Assembly (NCBI GenBank): GCA_963422735.1
Contig: OY730476.1
Coordinates: 3,936,001 to 4,000,000, forward strand
Length of the DNA stretch: 64,000 nt
Origin: Candidatus Latescibacterota bacterium
Lineage (GTDB): Bacteria; Latescibacterota; UBA2968; UBA8231
Direction of reading: 5' to 3'
The notes below the pieces were generated by a model that saw nothing but the letters and a program-made list of their open reading frames with translations, was not told the DNA's origin and searched no databases. The position numbers and the translations under genes are program-made. Shown piece after piece: positions 41,110-52,406 of the stretch; positions within the stretch are counted from its first letter, which is position 1; the number at the start of each line of letters is the position of its first letter.

Positions 41110-41808
41110 ATGCGCGTACTCGTAACCGGCGCAGCCGGCCGCGTCGGCTTCACAGTGGCCCGTGGCCTCGAGGACCGCCACGAGGTGCGCGGGCACGACC
41201 GCGTACCCATGCCCGACCTCGCCGATACGGTCGTCTCCGACCTCGCCGATTTCGACGCCATGCTAGAGGCCACGCACGGCGTGGACGCGGTTGCTCACAT
41301 TGGAGGCCTGGCCGGCGGCCACGAGTGGGAGACCATGCTGCAGAGCAATTTCATCGGCACGTACAACGTGTTTGAGGCCGCTCGCCAAAACGGCGTCAAG
41401 CGCGTCGCCTATGCCAGTCGCGCCGGGGTCTTAACGCTCTATCCGCGCAGCATCCGCCGCACGGTCGAGATGCCTACCACTCCGGTGGGCATCTACACGG
41501 TCAGTAAGGTTTTCGCCGAGGCCCTAGCCCATTCTTTTGCCCATCAGCACGACATGGAATTTGTCTGCGTGCGCATCGGCAACTTCAACCTCGAGCGCGA
41601 CCAACCCGAACACCCGCACCATCTCAGCCACGGCGACTGCGTGCGGGTTTTTGAGCAGGCGCTGATTCATCCGGGCGTAAAGTTTGAAATCGTCTTTGGA
41701 GTGTCGGGCAGTAACTGGCCGCTTTACGATGTCGAACACGGCAAAAGGGCGATTGGTTACGAGCCGCAGGATTATTCGGAGGTGCCGGAGGAGGAGTGGG
41801 GGAGGTAA
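41110..41808 (+). CDS. NAD-dependent epimerase/dehydratase (uronate dehydrogenase-like)
   Basis: 'TGAAGRVG', 'YTVSK', 'RIGN'. Confidence 0.88.
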   Translation: MRVLVTGAAGRVGFTVARGLEDRHEVRGHDRVPMPDLADTVVSDLADFDAMLEATHGVDAVAHIGGLAGGHEWETMLQSNFIGTYNVFEAARQNGVKRVAYASRAGVLTLYPRSIRRTVEMPTTPVGIYTVSKVFAEALAHSFAHQHDMEFVCVRIGNFNLERDQPEHPHHLSHGDCVRVFEQALIHPGVKFEIVFGVSGSNWPLYDVEHGKRAIGYEPQDYSEVPEEEWGR

Positions 41809-42001
41809 GGCTGCTTAGACCACCAATGAGACGCCGATGGCGGTAAAGCGCGTTGATTGGTGAGGCACTTTCACTTCACGAGCCTCAGCATAGGCAACAT
41901 CGCAAATGTCCAAGTCAAGACTCCATGCCGGCTATGCTGAAGCAGAAGGAGTTTTCTCGGGGATATATGGCTAAGAAGCTGGGGGCAGGGAGTAGGCACA
42001 A

Positions 42002-42432
42002 TTACTTGTACAGCTCAATCGAGAACATCCTATAGCCACGCCGCTCATAGAATCGATACGTGCGCAACCAGTCTATGTTATTTGAACCAACCATGGAGCG
42101 GCTAATTCCCTCCGATGCTGATCTTGATAGCCACGCCTCGATGAGTCGATCTCCAACTCCCTTTTCGCGATGGTCAACATGGACAAAGACCTCGTGAACC
42201 TCTAAAAATCGCTCGCCCTCGGATTTGAATATTGCATTTTTCCCGACTTTCCCGACTCCCGCAGCGTAAGCTATGACAACACCCTCATACTCACCGACAA
42301 AAAAATAGCCGCCGTCAAACCAAGACTGGAGACGCTTGTCGTCTTCCATTAACGCGACATAGCCGGTGTTTCGATAAACCTACGACCGAATGTACATCGT
42401 CAGTTCTTGCTGGCCTAACTTGATAACCTAGG
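42002..42432 (-). pseudogene. GNAT acetyltransferase, N-terminus in a different frame
   Basis: 'VFVHVDHREKGVG...FYERRGY' in 42002-42349; 'YQVRPARTDDVHSV' upstream in another frame. Confidence 0.65.
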
Positions 42433-42505
42433 GCGTCTGTCACCTTCTTTTTGACCTCCAAATTAGTTCCCAATGGGTCGTCGCAACGCGCGCCGGACCG
42501 CAGAA

Positions 42506-44407
42506 TCACCCCACTAAAATCCGCACATCCCCCCGCCGCGCCGTCAGTCCCTCGGCGTCAAAATAGCCCAAAAGCGCGATGGCGCATTTGCGATTGCTGC
42601 CAATTAGCGTGCGAAATTCGGCTGCCGCAATCTCGCCATCGCGTTCGAGAAAGTCGCTCAGCAGCTTCCGCGTGCGGGCGAGGGCCTCGCAATGGATCAG
42701 CAAGCCCCCCTCCAACGCGACCACCGTCCCCAGTGCTTGCAGTGCTTGGACCATATCCGCTACCTGTGGCAGCGAGGCGTCGGGGGATTGTGCTAGCTCG
42801 GCCATCGTAGGCAAGTTGGCGAAATTCGCGGTATTGAGCCGCGCCTCCACCGCCGCCTTCAGCACCTCTTGCTCCGGGGTGAAGCAAATGCGGTGCGACG
42901 CAGCCCGCACCACGGCCCCGTCCAGCGCGACCCGCCCTGCTTCCTCCAAGTAGCGCAACACGCAGTCGAACAGTTCGGGCTGGATGTAGCGCGCACTCAA
43001 ATTGCGCAGCGCCTCGCGGGGCAAGCCCAACTTGAGCGGCTGGGCGCGGTGAAAGCGCGCGAGCGCGGTCTCGATCTGTGCGCCCCAGTGCTCGCACACG
43101 TCCAGATGCAAAACGTGCGCTGGCCCCTCCGACACCACGCGCACGGCGCGACCAGCGGCTACGAGCGCGTCTATCCAGTGCGCCAACCGCTCCACGCCAA
43201 TGCCCATCTCGCCGGCCAGCACCTGCTGGCTCTTGAGCTGGTCGTCCGCGTGGCGGAGCCAGCACTCGACGACTTCGGGCAGGTCGGCACGGGCCAACGC
43301 CTGCAAGTGCGCGAGCAACGCTGGCTCGAAGCGCCGGTGCTTGGCCGGGTGCGGATTGAGTACGCGGCCGCCGCCGATAGTGAGCGCGGGCGAGTACCGG
43401 CGCAGCACAAAGCGGTCGCCCCACGCCGCGACTACGGGAGCCTCCAAGCGAAGCTGGGCGAAACCCTCCTGCCCGGGCGTCAAGGGCTTGGCATTGGGAA
43501 GCACGACCCGCGCCATAATCTCCCGCGTACCTAAGTGCAGGCGCACGCGGGTGCGCGACGCCATGGTCATGGGGCTTGAGGCGAGGAGCTGCACTTGGGC
43601 GTCTAGCATCTGCGTGGGACGAAAAAACCCGGGCGCGACCAGCGAATGACCGCGCGCGATTTGGCCCTGCTCTACGCCGGCCAAATTGATCGCGATGCGG
43701 TCGCCGGCCCGCACCTCTTGTACCGTCGCGCCGTGCTGTTGCAAGCGGCGTACGCGCGCCACCCGACCTTCGGGCGCGATCTCGACGCGGGCACTCTCGG
43801 CCAAGGCCCCGGCCTGCACCGTACCCGTACAGACGAGACCAAAGCCCTTGACCCCAAAGGCCCGATCTACGGGCAGGCGAAACGGCGCGTCGGTGCGCTT
43901 GGCCGCGGTGCTCGCGGCCATGGCCAACAGCCGCTGCCGCAGCGGGTCAATGCCCGCGCCGCTGAGCGCAGAGACGCGAAAGATCTCGGCCTGCGCCAAA
44001 AAAGTTCCATGCACAAACTCCCGCACCTCTTCCTCCACCAAGTCCAACCACTCCTCTTCCGCTAAGTCGGCCTTGTTGATCACCACCACCCCGCGTTCGA
44101 CCCCCAAAAGCTGTAGCACGTCGAGATGCTCCCGCGACTGCGGCATCACCCCGTCGTCCGCGGCAATAACCAGCATGGCCACGTCAATGGTGCTGACGCC
44201 CGCGACCATGGTCTTGACGAAGCGCTCGTGTCCGGGCACGTCGATGATCGTGGCCTGATCCCCCAAAAAGGCAAAGCCGAGTTCAATGGTAATCCCCCGC
44301 GCCCGCTCTTCTGGAGCTTGGTCGGTATCCATGCCGGTCAGGGCCTTGACCAACAGGGTTTTGCCGTGGTCAATGTGCCCAGCCGTGCCAATAACAGTGT
44401 GCGCCAT
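42506..44407 (-). CDS. selB: Selenocysteine-specific elongation factor
   Basis: 'GHIDHGKT', 'RGITIELG', 'DVPGHE', 'NKAD', C-terminal winged helices '[12 protein letters not shown]'. Confidence 0.95.
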   Translation of the reverse strand: MAHTVIGTAGHIDHGKTLLVKALTGMDTDQAPEERARGITIELGFAFLGDQATIIDVPGHERFVKTMVAGVSTIDVAMLVIAADDGVMPQSREHLDVLQLLGVERGVVVINKADLAEEEWLDLVEEEVREFVHGTFLAQAEIFRVSALSGAGIDPLRQRLLAMAASTAAKRTDAPFRLPVDRAFGVKGFGLVCTGTVQAGALAESARVEIAPEGRVARVRRLQQHGATVQEVRAGDRIAINLAGVEQGQIARGHSLVAPGFFRPTQMLDAQVQLLASSPMTMASRTRVRLHLGTREIMARVVLPNAKPLTPGQEGFAQLRLEAPVVAAWGDRFVLRRYSPALTIGGGRVLNPHPAKHRRFEPALLAHLQALARADLPEVVECWLRHADDQLKSQQVLAGEMGIGVERLAHWIDALVAAGRAVRVVSEGPAHVLHLDVCEHWGAQIETALARFHRAQPLKLGLPREALRNLSARYIQPELFDCVLRYLEEAGRVALDGAVVRAASHRICFTPEQEVLKAAVEARLNTANFANLPTMAELAQSPDASLPQVADMVQALQALGTVVALEGGLLIHCEALARTRKLLSDFLERDGEIAAAEFRTLIGSNRKCAIALLGYFDAEGLTARRGDVRILVG

Positions 44408-44424
44408 CTGCTCAAAGTCCTATG

Positions 44425-44452
44425 TTGACGTGCTCTTCTTGGCGTATATTAT
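44425..44452 (+). promoter_or_regulatory. Putative sigma70 promoter
   Basis: TTGACG-N16-TATTAT, upstream of AAGGA RBS and ATG 44488. Confidence 0.5.
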
Positions 44453-44487
44453 GTCCAATTCCGCGCATACAACTAAGGAACTTCTCC

Positions 44488-45222
44488 ATGTACCTCAAGC
44501 ACCTGCGTCCCTACCAACTCACAGATGCGGCGGCCCAAGGGCATCCCCTGCTAGTGCCGGCTGGCTGCATCGAGACTCACGGCCCGCACATGGCCATCGG
44601 CCACGATACCCTCATCGTCGAGGAGATTTGCGACCGCGTAGCTGCACGGACCCCTTCCGTGATTGCCCCGTCGTTTGACTACGGCCCCACTGGCTATGCC
44701 CTCGGCGGCCCGGCCGACGGGACCATTGACCCAGACTACGATGCCTTTGGCCGCTTGGCCAAGAGCATCCTGCGCAACTTTATCGAGATGGGCTTCCGCA
44801 AAACCTACGTCATCATCATGCACCAAGGCATGGGCGGCCCCCTCGCCTTGGCCTTCAGCAAGGCCGCGGCCGAGCTGGCATTCGAGCAGGTGCTCGCCGA
44901 GGGGCACCCACGCGGCTGGTGGGGCGACCGCGACGCGCTCGACCGGGCTAGCTCTTGGGGCGGGCGCATAGAAGTGCAGCCCATGATCCTCCCGGAATCG
45001 AGTCCCCCGGCTGGGGGAGATCACGCCGGATACAATGAGACCTCCTTCCTGCTCGCCGCACGCCCCGAACTCGTGGAGCAAGACCGCCTCGGCGACGACC
45101 CGCCTTGGTATTGCCAGCAAGACGAAGCGCGAAACAGCTACGCGGCCAACGCCGAACACGGCCAGGCCATGATCGCGGCCGTCGTCGAGGCGTGGGTCGC
45201 CAAAATCGACCAGGAGCGCTAG
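44488..45222 (+). CDS. Creatininase family protein
   Basis: '[15 protein letters not shown]', 'DHAGYNETS'. Confidence 0.88.
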   Translation: MYLKHLRPYQLTDAAAQGHPLLVPAGCIETHGPHMAIGHDTLIVEEICDRVAARTPSVIAPSFDYGPTGYALGGPADGTIDPDYDAFGRLAKSILRNFIEMGFRKTYVIIMHQGMGGPLALAFSKAAAELAFEQVLAEGHPRGWWGDRDALDRASSWGGRIEVQPMILPESSPPAGGDHAGYNETSFLLAARPELVEQDRLGDDPPWYCQQDEARNSYAANAEHGQAMIAAVVEAWVAKIDQER

Positions 45223-45223
45223 A

Positions 45224-45847
45224 ATGGCCCAAGTACTGACCGTGCATCCCGACCGCCTCAAAGGCCGCCACATCCAGCGCGCCACCGAGGTGCTCCGCCA
45301 AGGCGGCGTCATCGTCTATCCCACCGATACGATCTACGGGCTTGGCTGCGACATCACCAACAAGCAGGCGATTGAGCGCGTGCAGCGCATCAAGGGCCGC
45401 AATAAAAAGAAGCCCATGTCCTTTGTGTGCGCCGACCTGACCCACATCAGCGGCTACGCCCGCGTCTCCAACTACGCCCACCGCATCCTCAAGCAGTGCC
45501 TGCCGGGCGCGTACACCTTCGTGTTGCCGGCTACCCGCCAGACGCCGCGCATCCTCCAAACCAAACAGAAGACCATCGGCCTGCGGATTCCCGATCACCC
45601 GGTGCCGCTGGCCTTGGTCCGCGCCCTTGGCCAACCCATCCTGAGCACGAGTGCCAACTACGCCGATCAAGAAGTGCTGGCCGAGCCGTGGGCCTTGGAG
45701 GAAGAGCTGGGGCCACAGGTGGATTTGATCTTGGAGTGCGGGCCGCTGCCCGTGGAGGCTTCGAGCGTGGTGTCATTGGTGGGAGATCGAGCCGAAGTGT
45801 TGCGGGCGGGCAAAGGGGATTTGCGCTTGTTTGCCGAGGAAGATTAG
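45224..45847 (+). CDS. Sua5/YciO/TsaC family protein
   Basis: 'YPTDTIYGLGC', 'IKGR', 'PGAYT', 'STSAN'. Confidence 0.92.
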   Translation: MAQVLTVHPDRLKGRHIQRATEVLRQGGVIVYPTDTIYGLGCDITNKQAIERVQRIKGRNKKKPMSFVCADLTHISGYARVSNYAHRILKQCLPGAYTFVLPATRQTPRILQTKQKTIGLRIPDHPVPLALVRALGQPILSTSANYADQEVLAEPWALEEELGPQVDLILECGPLPVEASSVVSLVGDRAEVLRAGKGDLRLFAEED

Positions 45848-45848
45848 C

Positions 45849-45992
45849 AGCGCGTCCTCGGAGAAGACGATTCGGAATTATCTCAACGTCTGTGTTACTT
45901 TCGTCATCGACGGAGATCGTCCGCAGGTACTCTTTGAGAAACCGATCTTTCAGATGACTGCTCAACTATTATCAGATAGGCTATTCAAATGA
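45849..45992 (+). pseudogene. Probable 3' remnant of a gene once coupled to the helicase
   Basis: Open frame '...EKTIRNYLNVCVTFVIDGDRPQVLFEKP...RLFK' whose TGA overlaps the helicase ATG; no start at its 5' end. Confidence 0.4.
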
Positions 45993-48237
45993 CTGACATC
46001 GCAAAACTCATAGAACAACTAAAAGAATTCGACGCGCTGCGCAATGACGATAAAATAAAAACAGGTACTGTTGATCGCATCGAACCGCAATACGCAGATG
46101 AGTGGCCTGATCAACTACACTCGTCCATCCGCGATGCACTAACCACTATTCGGCCATATCGTCATCAGGCCGACGCTATTATCAAGGCACTAAGTGACGT
46201 AGACGTGGTTATGGAATCGCCTACCGCCAGTGGAAAGACGCTGGCATTCACCGCACCAATGCTCGACTCCTTGATGCGAAATAAGGGATCCCATGCGTTA
46301 ATGATCTATCCCATGAAGGCATTGGCTTTTGACCAAAGGGAGCAGATTCGGAACGTCTGCGAACCGCTTGGGATTGAATCGTGGCCCTACGACGGCGATA
46401 CTGAAGATCAAGACAAACAATTGTTAAGAAAAAACCCACCGCAAATTTTGATGACCAATCCTGAATATCTGAATACGTCGTTTCTGATGTGGAAGGAACA
46501 GTGGAAAGAATTTCTGCTGAATCTGCGTTATTTAGTCATTGACGAAATGCACGAATACCGGGGCTTTTTCGGCGGCAACGTGGCACTTTTGCTGCGGCGA
46601 TTCTTTCTGCACCTAGAGCGGATTGGCGCGTCTCCCCGTGTGTTCCTCTCAACGGCAACCTGTGCCAACCCTGCTGAGCACGCCAAGAAGCTGACAGGAC
46701 GGGATGTAGAACTCGTATCAGCGAGAGAAGTATTTCGTCCGAAAAGGCATTTCATATTTGTCAACCCTGATAATATTCCCGACTTCAGGTATAGAGAGAT
46801 TCTCCGATTACGAGTAGAGCACGCCGCTCTAACCGTTCTTGCCGAGAGATTGCAGGCACTGGTATTTTGCCCGACAAAGCGATTCCTTGAAGACGCCTTT
46901 CGCAACTGCCAGCGCAAGGCCGAAGAACGCGGGATAGACCGAGAGAGGATATCTGCGTTCCACGCCGACTTAAAGAACGAAGATCGGCAGGATATACAGC
47001 AGAAAATCAAATCGGGCAACATCAGCGTGGTGTTTACGACCAATGCCTTGGAACTTGGATTGGACATCGGCGGATTGGACGGAATTATACTGGCCGGATT
47101 TCCGTCCAATATTATGTCCGCTTGGCAGCAAATTGGGCGCGCTGGGCGCGGTTGGAACAAGGACTCATTTGTGTTGTTCTATGCTATGAACGATCCGATT
47201 GACCGCTTTTTCGTGGATAATTTGGATGCTTTTCTGAACAAGCCCTTTGACGAATTGGTGGTTGACCCGGAGAACGAACAACTGATCGAGAATCACCTCG
47301 CCATGCTCATAGCAGAAACCGACGGAAAATTGTCTCCCTCGGACAAATCCATCCTCGGCAGTGCATTCTATGACAAAGCGAAAAATGACCGAGGAAAGCC
47401 TGTCAAAGGTTATCAACCACACCCTCGTCTGAATATGCGTGGCGGAATCGGGCAGTCTTTCAAGTTGAAACGCGGGAATGAGAAAGTGGGTCAAATCTCG
47501 GCCATGCGGCGATTCCGCGAAGCCTACATCGGTGCCATATTTACCTTTTTTGGCCAGAAGTACCGCGTACATTCCCACGGACAGGATACCGTTGTCTTGG
47601 CTGAGGTTGAGCCGAATCTGAAGACTGATGCTGGTTTTTTTGCAGTACTGTCTCGAAAGGACATTTTTGAAGGATATGCTTATGGAGACATTGAGGTCTA
47701 TTATGGTTCGCTGAATCTCGTGGTAAACTTCACTGGCTACAAGTTGGTAGACGAGCTCACAGAAGAAGAGAAAGACTCTGTCCACTCTAGCGAGGCACAT
47801 TATGAAAATAACCTGCACGCCTTCTGGATAGACTTTCCGACAGATGAATGTACCATGCCGGGATTGGTGCGCTAGAACACATGATCCGAGTCGGTGCCAT
47901 GTTTGCAATTCCGGCTGACCGGTTTGACACCAGTACTTACTCGAAGACTAACGACTATCCCACAGCCTATTATTACGAAAATTATTCCGGCGGTATTGGC
48001 GTTGCCAAAAAACTGTTCGAGGTATGGAAAGAGGCTCTAAAAAAAGGGATGGAGATTGCCAGCAATTGCAAATGCGAGTCGGGATGCCAGAATTGCATTG
48101 AGCCGGCCAAGTCCTACAACATCGGCAACGAGGATATCTCTAAAATGCGCGGCATTGAACTGGCAAATAATCTTCTTGCAGCAGTGGAGCGCGGCCCCGA
48201 CCACCAATTCGACAACGGACGAATGGTTCCATTGTAA
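45989..48237 (+). pseudogene. DEAD/DEAH helicase with DUF1998 (MrfA/Hrq1-like), frameshifted near 47855
   Basis: 'SPTASGKT', 'DEMH', 'QQIGRAGR'; 'GALEHM...YENYSGGIG...CKCESGCQNC' lies in another frame; lower GC. Confidence 0.85.
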
Positions 48238-48313
48238 CAGCAAATATCGGTGTGTACGCCCAAGCCAGTACACCCAAACCATCATCCCCTCCACTCGCTA
48301 TGAGGACTAAAGG

Positions 48314-50623
48314 ATGATTGCAGCCCTCTCTCTGTGCGCTTTTCTCGCCGTTAGCACTGCCCACGCGGAATACGCTGAGCGCGGAGAATTCGCGCTCGCC
48401 CCTTCCGGTGCGCTCGACATAGGACTCTACGGATACGCCAATCCCGCGCTGCTCAGCTATGTCGAGGGTTTGGAGCAGGGGTTCGCTTGGTCAGACAGCA
48501 GCTCCGTCCATTCGTGGGGCCTTTTTACGGCCGTGCCCCGTTTGGGGTTTGGGATGGTAAACGGCCGCCGCGACCGCGAGTACCGGGCTGGACTCAGCAG
48601 CGGCGACCGCGACTTCAGCCTCGGGGTGGGCATGGGGTGGGGAAGTGTGCGGCACGTTGTCCTCGGGGGGCTTTGGCGGCCCGGACCGCGTCTCTCACTG
48701 GGAGGCACTTGGACTTCGACCTTTGCGGACGCGGGCCGCGAAGGAGCTGTCGATCTATCCCTGCGTCCTTGGGGAGACGAGCGGCTAACCTTGTATGCGG
48801 ATTACGCGTACGCTGGTGGTGCGGATTTCTGGAGCACCGGAGCCATAGTCGGGTTGGGGCCGGGACTGGCGCTGACCGGGCGCTTCTTCTCAGACCGCGC
48901 CCTGAGCGTTGGCTTGCGCATCGGGCTGGGCGGAGCCGATTTCCAAGCGCAGACGCGGGGACGCGCCTTGCAGACCTATGCGGTGCGCCTCGGAGCGCAG
49001 CGGGGGAACCTGTTCCAGCCGCGGGCGCGCTACTTGTCGCTGGAATTGTCCGGGCCGGTTGGCCACCGCCGCTTTGCCTTCTTCGACAACTCGCAGAGCC
49101 TGCTCGACCTAATCGCCTTGCTGGAGCGCGTGCGCCGCGATCCCTCGATCAGGGGCCTTGCTATCAATGCTTCAGGCCTGCGGATTAGCCCGGCGCTCGG
49201 CTGGGAACTGCGGGAGAAGCTGCGCCAAGTCCGCGCTGGGGGGCAGCGGGTCGTGGTGTACATCGACCGCGTGGACATGTACGGCTATCACTGGGCCTCG
49301 GTGGCCGAGCACTTGGTGCTCGACCCGGCCGGCGCGGTTGGCTTGCAGGGCTATGTGGCGGGACACACGTACTTCAAGGGCGCACTGGACAAGCTCGGGA
49401 TTGGCTTTGACGAGTGGCGGCTTTTCCAGTACAAGTCCGCGACCGAAGCATACGTCCGCCGCGACCTATCCGCGGGCGAGCGCGAGCAGCTAACGGCCCT
49501 GCTCGACGACTGGTACGCTCTCGCCCGCCGCGACATCAGCACCGCTCGCTCGCTTGCGCCCGAGCACTTCGACCGCCTCGTGGAAGAGACCGCAGTCTTC
49601 CTGCCTCAAGAGGCCCTCAACGCCGGCTTAGTGGATCGCCTCGGACGCTGGAGCGAAATCGACCGCATGGTTGAGGCCCTCAATGTCGTCGCGGCCGATT
49701 CGTACGCACGGCCAGCCAACCGGCGCTGGGGGCAGCGCAAGCGCATTGCCATTGTCTATGCGCTCGGCATCTGCGCCATGGACACCGGCATTGGTGCGCG
49801 GCGGCTCGTCGGCGAGATAGCCTCGGCCTGCGCGGCGGCAGACGCCATGGTGCTGCGCGTCGATTCTCCGGGCGGAGACATCCTGCCCTCGGCGCTGGTG
49901 GCCGACGCCGTGCTGCAATGCCGCGAGCACAAGCCGGTCATCGTCTCGCAGGGCTACCTCGCGGCTTCGGGCGGCTACATGCTCTCGCTGCCCGGTGATG
50001 CGATCGTCGCCGCACCCAACACCATCACCGGCTCGATTGGGGTTGTTGCCGGCTGGGCGTACAACAAAGGTCTCAAGGAAAAGCTCGGCTTGAGCACGAG
50101 TCGCGTACAGGTGGGTCGCCACGCAGACTTGCCTTTTGGCATGACCCTGCCCCTGCTCGGCCTGCGCTTGCCAGACCGCACCCTCAGTGCCGACGAAAGT
50201 GTACGCATGGAGCACACCATCCGCTCGCTGTACGCGGACTTTGTCGCCAAGGTGGCCAACAGTCGCCACATCGCGCCAGACTCGGTCGAAGTCATGGCCC
50301 AAGGCCGCGTCTGGAGCGGCCAGCGCGCCGTACAACTCGGCCTCGCCGACCGGATTGGAGGGCTCGAAGTGGCCATCGCGCTAGCCAAGGAAAAAATCGG
50401 GCTGTCGGCGGACGCGACTGTCGAATTGATGGAGCGGCCCCGGCCCTCGCTTTTTTCGCCCTCGCTTTTTCGTCCGCGGCTTTTGGGCCTCGCTGTGCAG
50501 CCCGCCCCCGAACTTGACTACCTGCAATTTCGCCTCCAGCACAATGGCTTGCCCTTGTTGTTGGTTCCCGCCAATCATGTACCTAGCCCGGTGGGGCTGT
50601 ATGGAGAGAAAACCTATGAGTAA
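48314..50623 (+). CDS. sppA: Signal peptide peptidase SppA (S49) with N-terminal beta-rich domain
   Basis: 'YKSA', 'RVDSPGG', 'AASGGY', 'TITGSIGV', 'AQGRVWSG'. Confidence 0.85.
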   Translation: MIAALSLCAFLAVSTAHAEYAERGEFALAPSGALDIGLYGYANPALLSYVEGLEQGFAWSDSSSVHSWGLFTAVPRLGFGMVNGRRDREYRAGLSSGDRDFSLGVGMGWGSVRHVVLGGLWRPGPRLSLGGTWTSTFADAGREGAVDLSLRPWGDERLTLYADYAYAGGADFWSTGAIVGLGPGLALTGRFFSDRALSVGLRIGLGGADFQAQTRGRALQTYAVRLGAQRGNLFQPRARYLSLELSGPVGHRRFAFFDNSQSLLDLIALLERVRRDPSIRGLAINASGLRISPALGWELREKLRQVRAGGQRVVVYIDRVDMYGYHWASVAEHLVLDPAGAVGLQGYVAGHTYFKGALDKLGIGFDEWRLFQYKSATEAYVRRDLSAGEREQLTALLDDWYALARRDISTARSLAPEHFDRLVEETAVFLPQEALNAGLVDRLGRWSEIDRMVEALNVVAADSYARPANRRWGQRKRIAIVYALGICAMDTGIGARRLVGEIASACAAADAMVLRVDSPGGDILPSALVADAVLQCREHKPVIVSQGYLAASGGYMLSLPGDAIVAAPNTITGSIGVVAGWAYNKGLKEKLGLSTSRVQVGRHADLPFGMTLPLLGLRLPDRTLSADESVRMEHTIRSLYADFVAKVANSRHIAPDSVEVMAQGRVWSGQRAVQLGLADRIGGLEVAIALAKEKIGLSADATVELMERPRPSLFSPSLFRPRLLGLAVQPAPELDYLQFRLQHNGLPLLLVPANHVPSPVGLYGEKTYE

Positions 50624-51728
50624 GGAAGCCCGCGCCCTGTACGCGGATATGGGGGCGACGCCCGTGATCAACGCCCTCGGCCCGCGCACCCTCTTAGGGG
50701 GATCGTCCCCCCACCCGGACATCATCGCCGCCATGGAACTAGCCGGTCGCTACTATGTTGACATGGACGCCTTCTTGGCGAGTACGGGGCGGATCGTCGC
50801 CGACCTGCTCGGGGCCGAGGCCGCGCTGATTACCCCTGGCTGCGCGGCCGCGTTGGTCCTCGGCACGGCCGCCTGCTCAACCGGCGCAGATCCAGAGAAA
50901 ATGGCCCGCTTGCCCGATTCGATCGGTATGCCCAACCAAGTGGTCATCCAAAAGGCCCAGCGCTACAAATACGACCGCATGGTGCGCCTGCCCGGCGTCT
51001 CCCTTGTGGAGGCGGGCACCGAGCAAGGCACCACGGCCGACGAACTCGCCGCCGCCATCGGCCCCCAAACGGCCGCCGTGCTCTACCCGGCCATCGACAA
51101 CCCAGCCGCCATCGTCCCGCTGGACGCGGCCATTGACATTGCCCACGCTCGCGATGTCCCGATCTTTGTGGACGCGGCCTTCCGCGTCTATCCCCTAGAC
51201 GGCTTGACCCAATACATCGCGGCCGGGGCCGACTTAGTCGGCTATGGTGCCAAGTACGTGGGTGCGCCCAACTCTTCGGGCATTCTCTGCGGCCGCGCCG
51301 ACTTAATCGCAGCGGCTCACTTGCACAGCTTCGCCTGCTTTGAAACCCGCGACCTAGAAGGGGTTGGACGCCCGCTCAAGATCGACCGCCAAGAGGTCGT
51401 CGGCGTGGTGGTGGCTCTGCGCCGCTGGCTGGCCATGGACCACGACGCCCGCAGCCAAGGCGACGCCCGCCGCGCCGAGACCGTGCGTCAGCACTTAGGC
51501 GAACTACCCCATGTGCAAAGCTCGGTCGATGGCACGTCCTTGACCTTGACCTTGGACGAACAAGCCCTCGGCCAAACCGCCGCCGACCTAGAAGAAACCC
51601 TGCGCAACGGCAACCCCTCGGTCTGGCTCGCAGCGGCCCCGGGCCAACTTCACTTGGCGATGCCCACAGTGATCGACGGCGACGAGGTGCTCCTCGCCGC
51701 GCAAGTAAAAAAGGCGTTGGGTGGTTAG
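50616..51728 (+). CDS. SelA-like/DgaE-family PLP-dependent enzyme
   Basis: 'PVINALG', 'VDAA', 'YGAKYVGAP', 'GVGRPLKIDRQE'. Confidence 0.8.
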   Translation: MSKEARALYADMGATPVINALGPRTLLGGSSPHPDIIAAMELAGRYYVDMDAFLASTGRIVADLLGAEAALITPGCAAALVLGTAACSTGADPEKMARLPDSIGMPNQVVIQKAQRYKYDRMVRLPGVSLVEAGTEQGTTADELAAAIGPQTAAVLYPAIDNPAAIVPLDAAIDIAHARDVPIFVDAAFRVYPLDGLTQYIAAGADLVGYGAKYVGAPNSSGILCGRADLIAAAHLHSFACFETRDLEGVGRPLKIDRQEVVGVVVALRRWLAMDHDARSQGDARRAETVRQHLGELPHVQSSVDGTSLTLTLDEQALGQTAADLEETLRNGNPSVWLAAAPGQLHLAMPTVIDGDEVLLAAQVKKALGG

Positions 51729-51737
51729 TACTCTGGA

Positions 51738-52270
51738 ATGAGCACGGCGCAACAACAGGCCGAGGATCGGGCCTACCGCATCGGGCAACAGCAAGCGGTC
51801 AACCTCACTATATGGTCGGCAGCGGCACGATCGACGAATTCGTCAAGACGGTCCTCGAAACCAAGTCGGCGCTAATCGACCAACTCATCGAAGGCAGCGC
51901 CTTGCCCGAATATTTCCAGCGCGACGTGATGGAGGTCCTGCCCGCACCGCCCCCTGGCGCGATGGATGAGCCGCAGGTGGTGGAATTGTTGCGCGAGGCC
52001 GGGGCAGCCTTTGTCGCCGAGCAGCCCACAGTCAATCCGCAGGCCAAGTCGCGCTTGCCGTCGGCCGAGGCGGTGCGCGTGTTGGCAGGGCCAAAGCGAG
52101 CGGTGTACCGGGTGGATAGCTCGTCGAAGCCGGGGGCGTTCTACGCGTTGGAAGTGGAAGGGAACGATATAAGTTGCAGTTGTAAGGGGTTTTCTTATCG
52201 GGGGATTTGCCAACATGCGCGGGCGTTGAAGGAGGCACTGGTCAAAGGGGAGGGCCTGCCAGAGGTTTGA
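51738..52270 (+). pseudogene. C-terminal remnant of an SNF2 helicase with SWIM zinc finger
   Basis: 'QAEDRAYRIGQ' (SNF2 motif VI), frameshift near 51810, then 'GTIDEFV...CSCKGFSYRGICQH'. Confidence 0.75.
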
Positions 52271-52406
52271 CAAGTCCAGCAACCGTCGCGGCCGAGCTGT
52301 TCAGAAAATGTGCGCCTTTGACTATCTCTACTGCTTTGCCTGCTTTAGCTGAGCCGGGCAGAGGACAAAGTGGAATACTTTATCAACCATTATTGCGAGG
52401 AAGCGA

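Noticed and set aside
41810-42000. Unexplained spacer downstream of the GNAT gene
   Set aside because: No recognisable motif, repeat or convincing ORF.
42506-51728. selB plus SelA-like gene as a selenocysteine operon
   Set aside because: They are 6 kb apart on opposite strands; the 370-aa protein resembles the DgaE/SelA-like group; no selD or tRNA-Sec was seen.
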